From contig MNCI01001360.1 in assembly GCA_015680685.1 (NCBI GenBank), positions 406,716-470,715 of the forward strand: a stretch of 64,000 nucleotides of DNA, written 5' to 3'. Below the pieces are notes generated by a model. It did no database searches and was not told where the DNA came from. It worked only from the letters and a program-made list of their open reading frames with translations. Numbering within the stretch: position 1 is the stretch's first letter; every line of letters begins with the position of its first letter. Source of the DNA: Gnetum montanum. Taxonomy: Eukaryota > Plantae > Gnetophyta. Shown here piece after piece: positions 1 through 13,982 of the stretch. The translations under genes were made by a program, and so were the position numbers.

Positions 1-1620
1 AGGATTAAATAACGAGATTAATCAAACAAGAAGTTTGTGAGATACTGGATCTAGAAGGCTCTAGGCTCTTGGAATAGCAAAAAATCCACATGATTTTGGA
101 AAAAAATTGAAAAAATGACAAAGTGTGAGTGCATATATATAGAAATTTTATGCTACATTAATGTGATCATGTCAATGAGGTTGCATCAACATGATCATAT
201 AGATGATGTTGCATTTATGCAACCAGCTGCATCAATAGGATCATGTTGATGTAGTTGAATGTGAAAATTTTGCACATTGAAAATGAAGGGAGAAATAATG
301 AATTTTTGAATAATAATAAAGTCCAAAGGAAGCCAAAGAAGCCTAGAACATGATGAAATTCTTAAAGAGGATGAGAATATTTATAAAAAAGTAGATTTTA
401 CTTAGAGAACTTTAATGAAGGAGTGCACAACTAGACATAATCAACATGGAGCACAAAAGATTTGAATGCAGAAATGCCTAAGCGATAAGGAACATAACCA
501 ATCCTATGAAGGAATATGTAAGCGGGTCCTCCCCATAGTAGGCTCATGCCCTTGATGTCCTTACATATCCTCAAACTAAGGATTCAATGGGCCCCATGGA
601 TGATTAATGGTTATGTTTAATTAAGGACCAAATCACCAGAAAAGCTATTAAAGAACTTTGACTATATCAAACCAAGACATTGAAACAACATGAGAAAATG
701 TAGTGAGGTGAATTATGGAAAGCATAGGTGGATGAAGTAGAGTTTGGAATGAAGTCCTATATCATGGTCACATGAAGCCCCTTGTCGATTTTGTAGTTAA
801 TATGGCATGATAACATTCATCCTTAGTCCAAATTAAAACCAATCACTTCTAGTGATTTATCATTGATACTCTTAGACTTGTCCACCCCTAAGGCACAAGA
901 ATACCCCTGAAAATCAATCATCACTCTAAAAATATAAGAAAAGAGAAGCAAGATGTAAGAAGTTAGAGGGGACCTTTAGGCAAGGGTAACATGTCTTTCT
1001 AGTCCCATAACCAGTGCTTTTAGCCCATTATTTTATCTAAGGGGTGTACTTTGAATTCCCATTATTGTTTTTTTTTTGGATTTTTGAATGGAAACTACAC
1101 CATGCAACGATTTAGCTTCCTGTTATTAGTCAACAGCAAAATGGTAAGAAATCCATGGAAACACTCATGCATCTAAGAGGGTAGGTAAGTACAAAGAGCA
1201 TCAAATCTCCTTGAAGTCATAACCTTGTCTATCCATTTAATCCATCCCAAGATTAGAAATTACCAAGGTCACAAGTTCTTTATAAGTTTCATTTTAAGAA
1301 GGGACTTCATACTTCCAAAACAAGGGAACACCATAGATTTGTGTAGATCAGTGGATGACATGAACTCACTACCTATTATCATGAAAAAAAACTATGTTTT
1401 AATTATCAACATTAAAATTCAAAGATAGAATCTAGAAATTAGCAATAAAATAACATTATAGTACAAACCATCATCAATTAGCAACTACAGTTGCACCAAG
1501 TCCTAGTGGCAATAAAGAAATACATAAGAAAAATTCCAAACCAAATAAATTCAAATATAGAAGAAATTATAAAATATTTAAGAAATATAAAATGTACTTA
1601 AATGGTGTAAAATAAAAATT
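1..1620 (-). repeat. Athila post-pol non-coding region, homologous to ~32290-33830
   Basis: Long colinear direct similarity, e.g. GGGTCCTCCCCATAGTAGGCTCATGCCC at ~523 and ~32728, and TTATAAGTTTCATTTTAAGAAGGGAC at ~1280 and ~33480. Confidence 0.9.
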
Positions 1621-1799
1621 TAACATAAGGAGTCACAGTGTTTGCATTAGCATGGATAGCCATCTCCCCTACAACTAAGTTGGAAGGAGGAGATCCAAAA
1701 AATTGAGCATGCTTGTCCATCCGTTGAGGTGTTGTAATAATTGGCTCTCTTGGCTTCATGAAAAGATTTGAGTTGTTATGTGTTGACTAACAAATTTTT

Positions 1800-4560
1800 T
1801 TTTGGGCTTTTAGGTTTGTAAATCAACATGACCCCTAAGGGAAGGGTTTCGTAGATAATATAAGGTCTCTTCCACAACGTTTGGAACTTAGTTCATTATG
1901 GCATGTATGTGGGATTCTAATATAGGACCTTATCTCCTTGTTGAAATTTTACTTTCCTAATTCCAAGGTCATGTCATTGTTTATTTTAGGCCTTGTGCAC
2001 TTCATTAGATGACATGACCACCAATCAGTTCTCATCTAGCATATTAAGATTTATTAACATTTCTTTTTGTGTTAGGATTACGTCAAGACAAAGGTCATAG
2101 GTGGTTGATAGTGTACGAAGCTTCTCTTGGATAAGAAGAAGTTGTAGTTTGCCATACACAAGCTCATAAGGAGAGTAGCCAATAGGAAGTTTCCAAGTGG
2201 AGTAATAAGCCCAAAGGACATCATTAAGTTTTGTGCTGCAATCCCTTCTATATTTGCTAACTGCTCTTGTTAGTATTTTTGTTATCTTCTAGTTAGTAAT
2301 CTTTGCTTGAACATTAGCATGAAGGTGGTATGGAGTTATTAGTTTATGTTCAATCCACAAGTGCTACATGAGCTTCTGAAAGCTAATGCCTATAAAAATA
2401 AGTTTCATTATCAAAAATAAGTGCACATGGCACCCCAAACCTATTTACAACATGCTAGTGTATAGATCGAGTAGTCATAGAAGATGTGCAATTGGTGATG
2501 GCCACTACTTCTACTCACTTGGTACAGTAGTCAATAGCTACTATGATGTATGCCTTTCTATTAGATATTGGAATGATGGGATCCATGAAGTTGATGCCCC
2601 AAAAATCAAAGGGCTCCAATCGTTGGATCCACTATTGAGGCACCTCCATATGAGTAGTCATCCCACCATTGCATTGGCAATGATAACAAGATCAGATGAA
2701 GTAGTGGTCATCTCTTAAAAATGTTGGCCAGTAATATCCTACTATGAGGATTTTAATGACTATTCATCTCCTAGCATAGTGGCTACTACAAGGACCCTGA
2801 TGAGCATCTTGGAGAATGTGTAGTTGATCATCATTAGGTATGTACCATCTAACCAGGTCATTAATGCACATCTTATAAAGGTGTTTATTAATTTCTATGA
2901 AGTGTCTTGCTTGGTGAAGAAACTTTTATTTCTTTCTTTTATCCCACTCTTGTGGCATCTCCTAAGTGTGAAGGTAGGTGAGAATGCCATTGTACTGATT
3001 GGATTTAATGGGTACTTATTCAATTATTGCTCCAGCAAAGAGGAGTTCATCAAGGAACTAATCTAAAAGTGGGCTCTCCTCCTCTTTGTTGTCCCATATC
3101 AATCAAAACAGGTGGTTAGTAACCACGTTCTCAATTCTCTTTTGATCTACCATTATTAGATTGAATTTCTACAAGATCACCAATCACCAGATGACATAGG
3201 GGCTCACTGTCAGATTATTCATTAGGAACCAGATTTCACTATGATTCGTGTGCACAAACACCTTGTACCTAAGTACATAGTGCCTGAATTTTTTCAAGGC
3301 ATACACCATAGTCATCAATTCTTTCTATGCGATAGTGTAGTTTAGTTGTTCACCCATAATTCTTTTGCTCACATAATGGATGTAGTAAGGATGTTTTTCA
3401 TCATCCAATGACATGAGCATGGCTTCCAAGTCATAATTGGATGTGCCCATCATTATGTGGAAGGGTCTAGACTAGTTAGGTGCTCATAGAATTGGAGTTT
3501 TAGCAAGATTTTTCTTAAGCTATTGGAATGCATGTTTTCATTCCTTAGTCTACATAAATGGAATATCCTTCTTTGTTAGCTTCACCAATGATTTGGTGAT
3601 CTTAGAGAAATTATGTGCTCCAAAACAATGCCTTCTTGAACCACCAAGTGGCTTCTCTACCAATTGAACCTAAGATTTATCTTCACACACCTTTTCATCA
3701 ATTACTTAAGATGGTCTAGGGCTTGTTTGAATGTAGCCCCATGGGTGGAGAAGTCATCCATAAAGAGTTCTATCCCTCTACCAAACTACTATTAGAAAAT
3801 TCTCATGTCTAGGCATTGGAATGTGGTAGGGGTATTTCATAGGCCAAATAACATCTTTCTATATGGGAAAGTCCTCCAGGAACTCATGAATGTGGTTTTG
3901 GCTTAGTCCTCTGGTGCTATTTGGATTTGGTTATAGCCACTATAATCATATAGAAAGCTATAATATCAATGCCCAGAAATTGTGTTCAACACTTAGTTCA
4001 CAAATGACAAAGGAAAATGATCCTTGAATGTTGCCATGTTGAATAGCCTAAAATTGATGCAGACCCACAATTTTCCACCTTCATTTGGTACTATGATGAG
4101 TGGGCTAACCCACTTTATGTTTGCAATGGGATATATGAACCTTTCCTGGAGGAGTTGTTCAATCTCCTCTTTGATGATATGCTTCAGTTTGGGGCTCAAC
4201 CATCACTATGGCTACCTCTTTGGTTTCATGGAGGAATCTATGTAGATGTAATGCTAGCATATCCTTGGATAATTCCAGTCAGCTTATGATATGACCAAGA
4301 AAAGGTTGTTAACCATTTGTTGACCACATCAAATAGCTTCTTTTTTTGCACAAAAGCAAGTTTGGCATTGATAATGACTAGCTTGCCATTTTTTAGAAAC
4401 GAATATTCCATTTGTACTAGTAGAGTTTTTAATTCAAGGGGCTCTTGTTTAAAGCTCTCAGGGATTTTCAACTCTTCCCAATTAGTGTCATTAGGTTCAT
4501 CAGAAAGTTGGCAATGAATTTACTCTATTTCATCCATGGCTTCAATGTAGGCACTTGTTA
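1800..4560 (-). pseudogene. Degenerate Athila-like Ty3/Gypsy pol (RT, RNase H, integrase)
   Basis: Minus-strand remnants include WVSPLIIVPNEGGKLWVCINFRLFNMATFKDHFPLSFVN (3993-4199), typical of Athila-type RT. Further remnants are YSGYNQIQIAPED, RNase H (~3200-3500) and integrase (~1850-2750). Many stops and frameshifts. Confidence 0.85.
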
Positions 4561-7500
4561 AGCTCTTAGTTTGTTCCATGAATAAGGTTGAACTACATTT
4601 ATATTTAGCTATCAATCATTGGATGCCCTCCTATTTTTTAGTTGCTACATATAAGCACCTTTGGATTTCTCTAACATTTGCACACTTCTTGCATGTTGTG
4701 ATTGTTGTACTTTTAACTATCCATAATTTCTACACATAGTGGCATCCTATATCACTATATGTGATGCATGGAATGCACTTCCTATAACTTAAAACAAACA
4801 ACAAAATTCATAGTTTTTAATACTCAAGACCAAAATAAGATAGTAACCAAAACTATGAACAATATGCATATAACAACCAGATAGAACCAAGTAGTCCACC
4901 AACAATTGATAATAGTTTCATGGTGAAACATGCATAAAAATTTTAAAAATAATTTGTGTAGAAAGATTGAAGCCATGGAAACTAGCTTCTACCCAAACAA
5001 TAGTCACAAAATCCCAACTTGAATTTTGCAAAATTTTTATGAGAAATCCTAGTTAATAGTGAAACTATTTGTAGTAAAAACTCTAGGGAGGCTAGTCAAA
5101 AATTTTAAAAATAAATTTAAGTGACTATTGAAAATAAAAATGTAGCATGTAATAACCTTAGGAACTTTCAATTTTGCACAAAAAAATACTAGGAACCACA
5201 TCAACATTACCTATATAGCCAGGGAGGTTTGTAGCTTTAATAGCCAAAACTGCAATTGTACAAGGTAGTTTTCACATGAACAAAAATGAAAAATTAGAAC
5301 TAAAATTTTTTTTCTAGGTCTAGCAACTATGTGTACATAAAATTAAATAAAATTTAGCATTAATTGTACAACCTCAAGCCTAGGAAAATTTAAAATAATA
5401 GCCTAAAACCATAACAAAAGCTCACAAAAAGTACACAAAAACCCAAAATTGTAGAAAATCACTCTGAAAAAATTTTCAAGAATGTTGGAATCAATGTAAA
5501 ACCCTCTCTAACATCCATGAGTGTCCCTAGAAACTTAATATGTTGGCTAAAAAAAAGTTTCTAAGTGTCAACATTACCCAATTTTGAAGGGGTAAAACAA
5601 TGAAAACCAAAAATTTCACTGTGTATTGGTCTACAAAAAAAGTCATAGAAAATTAGTTGTGTTCTAGAATTTAGTGATTCCATAACTATTTAAACCTATA
5701 AATAGTAAACATAAAACCCACAACCTAAAAAGACAAAAATTCTTATCCATTTTTATGTAAAAAAATTGGAATAGTGGCATGGAAAAAAATTAGCAAATAT
5801 TGAAAACCCATTATAAGCTAGCTTATAGAAAACTTAATAGAAAATTAACCATAAGTCAAAATATAGTGGTTCAACCACAATTTTGACTATTAAACAAGGC
5901 ATTACAATCCCATAACCTTGAAAACTAAAACATCCTAGCCATTTTCTTAATAAAAAATAAGAAAGAGACATTGCTTTTTCAGAAAAAATAGTGAAAACTA
6001 CAAAAAAAAAGTCAAATAAAATTTATATATCAACATTGATGAACTATACAACTGAAAAAAAAAACACTAAAAGCATGTAAGCATGACCTAGATATAGTTC
6101 AAGAGTTTTGCAAAAATTGATTTCATGTCATACACAAGGAAAGATAACCCGAACGCCTAAGTTATAGGCAAGAAAAACTAAAAAATACATGGAAAAAGTG
6201 GTTGGAAGTGGTGTACCTTATAGTCATGGAGGAGGGTACTTCCCCTAGTAGAGGTCATGGTAGATGCAAAAGTCCCTTTTCTATAGCATCTGCATCTTCC
6301 AAGGTAGGATTCTTGCTCATGGCAACCTTTCGTTTCGAAATTTTGATTCAAAAATCTAGAAACCTTTGAAATTCTTTAAACTCTAGGCACCAACATTGCT
6401 CCTTGAGGGAGAATAATTAAGCAATGTTAAGGATTAATAGGATGGAAGTAAAAATTACTACAAGATCCCTCAACCTATGCTCTACCTTGAGAAAATGCTT
6501 TTTGCAAAAATGATCTTGGAAAAATTAACAAGTTAAAATCAATTCTACACCTATGCACCTCCTTCCAAAACCCCATATCCAATTCACTCACTTAACTCAT
6601 AGTGAACTAATAGTGAAAAAGGAGGAAATGTTATAGATATTCTAGGATGGTGGGAAGTGTAGAATGTAAAACAAAATACCAATTAAATTTAGGTGGGCTC
6701 CACTAGATGCCTCCCAAACACCAAATATCCTAATGTAATGGGATTCTAAATGTGAAACCCCATCTACACTAGGGTTGAACCTTCCCAAAGCCTTTTGATG
6801 AACTCTAAACTTTAATTACTACTAAAATCCACCCCACCCATGCTTTCCAACATGGATCCAACATGGGTCTAGCCATCCCTATTACAACATATAAAAACGC
6901 AAGAACCCCATACCAAATTTAGAAACTGGATGTTAACATTGGCAAGTAATAGGCCTTGAGAGAGGTAAAAACCTCCTCATAGAACTTGTTTTATTGGGTA
7001 ACAATGCTGGCTAGCATTACTTAAGGGGGATGGTACTTCCAAACATCAATCAAACCTTAATTCGACTCTAGAAGAACCATGTAAAGCCTAAAAACTTTTT
7101 AGGAGCCCTTGGCAACCTTGAAACTTGATCAAACCCAATAAAACATGGTAGAAAACCATGGATCCTAGTTGAGCCATGCTAAGGGACATCCCAACCATCA
7201 TGTTTAGCATAGTCCCAACATGGTTGGGTGGGGTGTGACCATAAAATACCAAAACTAACCTCTAGATTGACACATCATGGTCTCTATGCCTTCCAGGAGT
7301 CTTTGATAATAAAAATCAATCAAAAAGCAATTAAATTTCACCTTAAACCACCTACCCACACTAAGGAAGCCCTCACCCACACTAGTCAATGTGGGTCCAG
7401 TATGGGTACTCTAAGAACAACAAAGAAAAAGCCATAAATATACAAAATCAACCTCAAAACTTCTGCCTCTAATCCTAAAACCTTTTTGAAGTCTCCAAGG

Positions 7501-8499
7501 ATCATTGAACCTTAAAAAGCAAGTCAAAAATGACAAAAATCCATCATTTCTCCATCCACACTAGGGGTATACTAGTTAGTGTAGTCCATGGGGGGATGAC
7601 AACACAAACACTTGAATAACCTTTAGAATTAACAATTCCAAGATAAAAACCCTAACCATGATCAATAGCAACCCTAAGAACTCAAAGACTTGGTTGATTC
7701 CACACTAGAACCTAGCAAAAGCCAAAATAAAAATGTAACCATGCTAAGGAGGTCTAGAGCCATGATAGCCTACATGGCTCCAATGTGGTTGAAATTTCAA
7801 ACTAATATTGCCATTTCTATAACACACCAGAGAACCTAAAATTTGACTTAATAAACCTAGAACCTCAAGGCCTTAAAACCAACTATAATTTAGCCTCATT
7901 TCATCCATAAAAAAACCATACTTGCTCATCCACACCAAGGCCACCCCCAACCATGTTGCCCAATGTGGATCTAGGGGGTGAGACCTCAAAACCCCTTTTT
8001 ATTGCAAATTTTAACTCCAAAATGATCAATTTCAACCCCCATGACCTTGCACTACCCTAGGAAGTCCATAGAACACCAATTGTGGTTTTGAGATGCCATA
8101 AAATCAAAATTTTTTCAATGCAACCATGCTAGACAATGTAGTCCCAGTGTGGATGGTAGTTCCAAGTTGTATTTATGGCTTCCAAAGGATCAAATCAACA
8201 TTAAAATAGATACATCTTCATCCTCGATGCACTGGGCTAACCATATAGGCCATCAAGATTCCAAAACTAATCATAATCAAGCCAGAGAATTACATTTTCA
8301 CACTATCCATGCTAGGGCTTACCCCATCCACGTTGGCCAATGTGGGTCTAGAGTGGATCCCCATAAAAGCCTCATTTTTTACATTGTATAGCCTTAAAAC
8401 AACCTCATTAGGTGCCCAAACTCACCTATCAACCTTGTAGCCTTCCACTATGGGTTGCTAAGGCCTAAAACTAGCAAAATCTAACCTTGATTAACTAGT

Positions 8500-9390
8500 A
8501 TTAACCATCTTTTACCACATGTTTTCCACCCTAACCTTTTTTGGCCTTGTTACATGGTATTTCAACTTATTTTGATCTTATTAAGCATTGTTGACATTTA
8601 TTAATTGATCATTTGGTGTCATTTGGTTTAATTTTCATCATTTTAGCATCATTTGGGCTCTACCCCACCAAATCTTTCTATCATTTTGGATCATTTAACC
8701 TTGATTGACATGACTTGACATCAATCCATGTTGTTTCACCTTGGTATGACCTTTATTGACCTTGTTCTATGTCATTTAATAGGTTTCAACCATCATTTGA
8801 TCATCATTTTCCTTTATTTGATCCCACTTGATCATTATTTGGGTATCATTTGTCTTTATTTCATACTAGTTAGCCTTTGGTTTACCTTATTTGGTTGGCC
8901 TTATCTTTTGTGACCCTAGTGAACTAGGCTTTGGTCTTGTTCAACATCATTTTATGGGGCTCAACCATCATTTGGTCATCACTTGACTATAGTTTACTAT
9001 CATTTGGCCCTTGTTTAGTCTCATTTCATGCTCTTTATCCTTCAATTCACCTTATCTATCTTAAATCCCCTTATATAGCCTCTATTGACCACATTTTTCT
9101 CTTAAACGACATCATTAAATGGAGTGTGAGCATCATTTGGCCTTCATTTGGCTCCATTTTACCATCATTTGGCCGTAATTTGATCTTATTTGGTCTTCAT
9201 TTCATCCCATTTGTTTCACCTACCTCTTATAACCTTAGTGGCTTTGTTTAAACCTTGTTTGACCATTGATGCAATGTGTTTTGGATTATCCATGCATTGT
9301 TACTAAAGTATTTTACATTATTTTGGCATTATTTACTTATTTTATCACCAAGGTGTCACTTAATGTGCTTATGGTTAATATGCAAGATTG
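8500..9390 (+). other. T-rich non-coding spacer upstream of RT (Ogre/Tat-type PR-RT intron-like region)
   Basis: Pyrimidine-rich, with no real ORF. 9270-9480 is homologous to the reverse complement of ~43950-44150, which lies just downstream of the protease in the related element. Confidence 0.55.
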
Positions 9391-9399
9391 GAGTATGGA

Positions 9400-12300
9400 T
9401 ACCTAGGAGCAAATCAGTTTGCCTTTGAGCCTAAGCAAGCCCCATGATGATGTTCAATGATGTATTGAACTTCATTGCCTAGATCTTAATCTTGAGAGTC
9501 TTGTTGACCATATAGCCTTGATAGAGAAACCTCCAGAATGGCCTAAAAACCTAGTCAAAACCATTGTCCTTGAGGATAGCAACATTACCAAAGACTCTCT
9601 AGTTGAGGCCCCTATCATGACACATAGTGGTAAGGTGAAAAAATTAAAACTAAATTCCTCACTAAAGCCTCAAAGGTTTAAGACATCACCAAGATCCTCC
9701 AAGACAACATTAAGGCCTTTACATGGTCATATGAAGATATGTTATGTCTTAACCCATGCCTAGTGTAACATAATATCATACTAAATTTGAGTATTAAGCC
9801 AATTGAAAAAAAAGTTTGTAAGATTAGACTAGGTTTGGCCCTGGTAGTTTGTGATGAAATCACAAAACTATACAAATTCAATTTCATTAGAGCTATCAAT
9901 TACATAGAATGGGTGTTCAACATAGTGGTAGTCCCTAAGAAAAATAGGAGTATACATATTGGTATTAATAAGACCTAAATAAGGAAACTATAAAAGGTGA
10001 TTTCCTTTTGCTTAGTATTGACCAAATTATGGATACTATGGCTGGACATGCCTTGTTATCCTTCATGGATAGGTTCTCGAGATACAACAAGTTAAGATTA
10101 ATCTAGAGCATCAACTATGTATGCCCTTCATAACTCATTGGAGAACCTTTTGCTACACTATGATGCCCTTTATTCTAAATAATTTAGGAGCAACTTATCA
10201 ACAAGCCATGATGCATATCTTTAGTGATTATAAGCTATGATTGCTTAATGACTACATGGATGATATTGACCATTAAATCTGAAATGTCCAACAAGCATGC
10301 ACATGATCTTGATCTTGTGTTAAAATGATGTCTCAAGTATGAGTTAAGGCTTAATCCCAAAAATTGTATCTTTAGTGTCAAAACTGGTAAGATACTAGGA
10401 TTTGTAGTTTTTGAAGCAGGAGTATGTTGATCATGATAAGGTTAAGGCCATATCCAACTTTGTAGTACCAACTAACCTTAAGGAGCTTCAAGGATTGTAA
10501 GGTAGATTATAATTTATCTATAGGTTTATTGCTAGGCTTACAAATAAGTTACAATCAATGCAATACTTTCTTAAGAAAGGAGTTCACTATGAGTGGATGG
10601 ATCAATGTCATTAAGCCTTTGAAAACCTTAAGCAAGAGTTGTTACAACTACACACAGTCTATTCCCTGTAAAATGATAAACATTTTTACATCTACCTTGC
10701 TATCTTTAACATGTCCATTACCTCTCTACTTTCTTAGAAATGAGATGGAGTGGAGCTGCCCATATACTACCTAAGCCATGCATTAATTGCTTATGAGACC
10801 TAATACACTAAAGTATAGAAGTATTATCTAGCAATAGTCTTCTCATTGAATAAGTGAAGACACTACCTCTTTAGGAGCCAAGTCAACATCATGTGCAAGG
10901 ATAATGTGCTTAGAGCCATAATGACCAATATTTATGAAAGTAGTCATATAGCCTATTGGAAAGCCATAATAGCATAGTTTGACCTACATTACATCTCTTA
11001 AGACTCAACAAGAGGTCAAGGTATATCTGCATAACTTACTATTTTCTTAGTAGAACACCATGTAGCAATTGATCCTAAATTTCCCAATGAGCATGTTAAC
11101 ATTGTTAGCAAGATGCTCAAGGGCTATGGGGCAATTATGCACTTTGATTGAGCTTCAACTATCCATGGGTATAAGGCTATCATCATCATAACATCACTTT
11201 CTAGTGAAATTCAACCCTTCAACTACCATTTTGAATTTCCATGTACCAACAACATGGTAGAGTATGAAGGATTAATTAGTGGAATGATGATAGCTTGTAA
11301 CCTAGAAATAAAATGCCTAATGATTAAAGATAATTCAAAACTTATGGTTAATCAAGTAATAGATTTTTACAAATGTAAGGCTAAACATTTGCAACCTTTT
11401 ATGACCTAGGCAAGAAACTAATTCAACAACTTACAGATTTTGGTATCCAACATATATCCTAGACTGAGAACACATTGGCTAATGCCATTGCAACCTTAGC
11501 CATAAGTTTGATGCTAGATGTGTTTAGAAAGTTACCTTCATTAATTGTGAATTATGCTATCTCGATCACGTAGAATACTAAAGGTGATTTTATAGCATCC
11601 GTTAATATTGCTTCTTAGAAGGAATGATATGATGATATCAAGTTTTACCTTATGCATGGTGAGTCTTCATAAGAATTTACTATTCTTAAAAGGATGTTGT
11701 ATGTAAATGATCAAAATATTATATCATCATAGATGATAATACATTATGTTGATGGTCTTATAATGACATATTGTTAGTGTGCTTAGGAAAAATTGAAGCC
11801 CTCATATTCCTTAAGAAAGTTCATGAAGGTATATGTTGGGGATATATAGGATCTTGAGCCATGGCAACTAGAACTAGGTGATTAGGTTATTAATGGCCTT
11901 ATATGGAAAGTGACTACCTATAGAAGGTTAAAACATGTGATACCTATCAACAACATAGCAACCTGATACATGTGCACCAACTAAGTTATGCACTACTTAG
12001 ATAACTTGGCCATTTCAATGGTGGGAATTGGACATCATTAGACCTATAACACCTAAGTCTTTCATAGAGCATAGCTTTATCATCATTAAAACTAAATAAT
12101 TCACAAAGTGGGTTGAACCTATTCCTCTAATAAAAACAACATGTCAACAAATCTATAGATTCATATTAGATAACATAGTAGTCCATTTTGACATACCTTT
12201 AACCATAGTTACAGAAAGTGCACCGTAATTTAGTGGCCAAGAAATGAAAGCCTTTTGTCAAGACCTAGGTATTAAACATTCCTTTTCATCACCATACTAC

Positions 12301-12859
12301 CTTCAAGCCAATGGATAAGCTAAAGCTAGCAATAAGGCCATCATAAACTTGCTAAAAAAGATGCTAAACAATAGTAGATACAAGTGGCATGAATGGTTAG
12401 TCCATGCACTTTGGGCCTACAGAACTACCTTTTGAACTACAACTAGTGTAACCCCATATAGCCTAGTTTATGGTTCTAAAGCTATTTTGCCTTTTGAATT
12501 GCAAGTTCTATCACTAAGGGCCACTCTATCAAACTTCATCAATGATGAATAGAATAAGGAGCTATGTACCATTGACCTAGATTCACTGGAAGAGGAGCAA
12601 GTATGAACACTTAGATCAAAAGATACTAGGAAAGGCAAAAGAAAATAATATCACCATGAATTGAACAAATTAAATATCAAGAAGGGAAACCTAGTCCTCA
12701 AGGCTATATGTGAGCATGCGAATAAGTTCTTAGCCAACTAGGAGGAACCTTTCTTGATCACCAATGAGTATGGTAATGAAGCCTTTAGAATGACAAACAT
12801 GGATGGGAATGAGTTGGCCAATTTAGTCAATCCTTCCTATCTAAATCCATACTACATCT
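9400..12859 (+). pseudogene. Degenerate Tat-clade Ty3/Gypsy pol: RT, RNase H, additional (archaeal-type) RNase H, integrase
   Basis: RT: FIRAINYIEWVFNIVVVPKKN, IDQIMDTMAGHALLSFMD. Extra RNase H at ~11130-11500: MHFD*AS...FEFPCTNNMVEYEGLISGM...IKDNSKLMVNQV. Integrase: YYLQANG*AKASNK, LWAYRTTF. An extra RNase H between RH and INT is a Tat hallmark. The last codons are split by the Copia insertion. Confidence 0.9.
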
Positions 12860-13982
12860 TGTAGATTATCAAACTTAGAAGGGGGATGAATAAGTTCCCA
12901 TAATTTAAAATATTTGAGACAAAGCACACACATCAAATTCAATGTGGTTCCCCAAATTGGGTAGTCCACACTCAGAGGGTAGATTGCAAGCACACTTCCA
13001 AAATTTGTTGCTATTAAATGTGGTTTGAGGGGTACCACACCTTGTACAAGCTCTAAGCTCCAATATAGAGTGATTCAATTCTATGAATCCACTCAACCCC
13101 ACAAGGTCACAACAAGCTTAGAAAGTTCTTTCCAAGATCCCACAACCTTTACAACTTGAGCTCTACTCCAAAGTGTTGTGGGGCTACACCAACACTCAAT
13201 CCCTTAGGAACTTGACATGATCAAACAACATGCCTTCCATAAGAAGCACATTAACCCAATATGGCAACAAAAGAGAACAATCACAAGAAAAGAATGCAAC
13301 TAAGTTTACTGATCCTTGCACGTTGAGCCATAGCTCACTTTAACCAATTACAAATAGATAAATGATTGTATAATGAGGAACAATAATAAATACAATGATT
13401 GCGTGATTATTACATAATGATAGTATAGCATATTGCACATTTATCAAGGATAATAATGTCTTCTTATAATTATTATGTTCCCAAATTCATCTTGGAACTT
13501 ATGCAATGGCTAACTAACAATCATGGAAGAATCTTCTTAATGACTAAGATGTCTTTCTACTTCTAGCCTCCATTTTGAGAAGACATCTTCTTCTAGTGAA
13601 AGATGTCTTTCTATAACTATCCTTCATTCTAGGAGGACATCTTTGTCTGAGGAAAGATGTCTTTCTATCTAGAAAGACATCTGCTATTTTTTAGAGATGT
13701 CTTCTCCTATGGTGCCTTCAATTCTACCAAGACATCTACTGTTTCTTAGAGACTTCTTTCTTTGCACTAGAATTCTTCGTTCCTTGTCCATATTCTTGAG
13801 ATTCCTCATGTCTTCCTTGTCTCACTCCAAGGTCTTGATGATGTTAACTTTTCTTGTAAGTCCTTGAGGTCTATGAAGTCCTTGTCCAAACAATTTCCCT
13901 ACAAACACAATCAGCCACACAAACATACAAGCACCCTTGTATTCCATTTTACTTAATGTTTTGACACACAAAACGGTCAACA
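12860..13982 (-). repeat. 3' LTR of the SIRE-like element
   Basis: TG...CA termini; direct repeat of 17374-18501. Confidence 0.9.
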
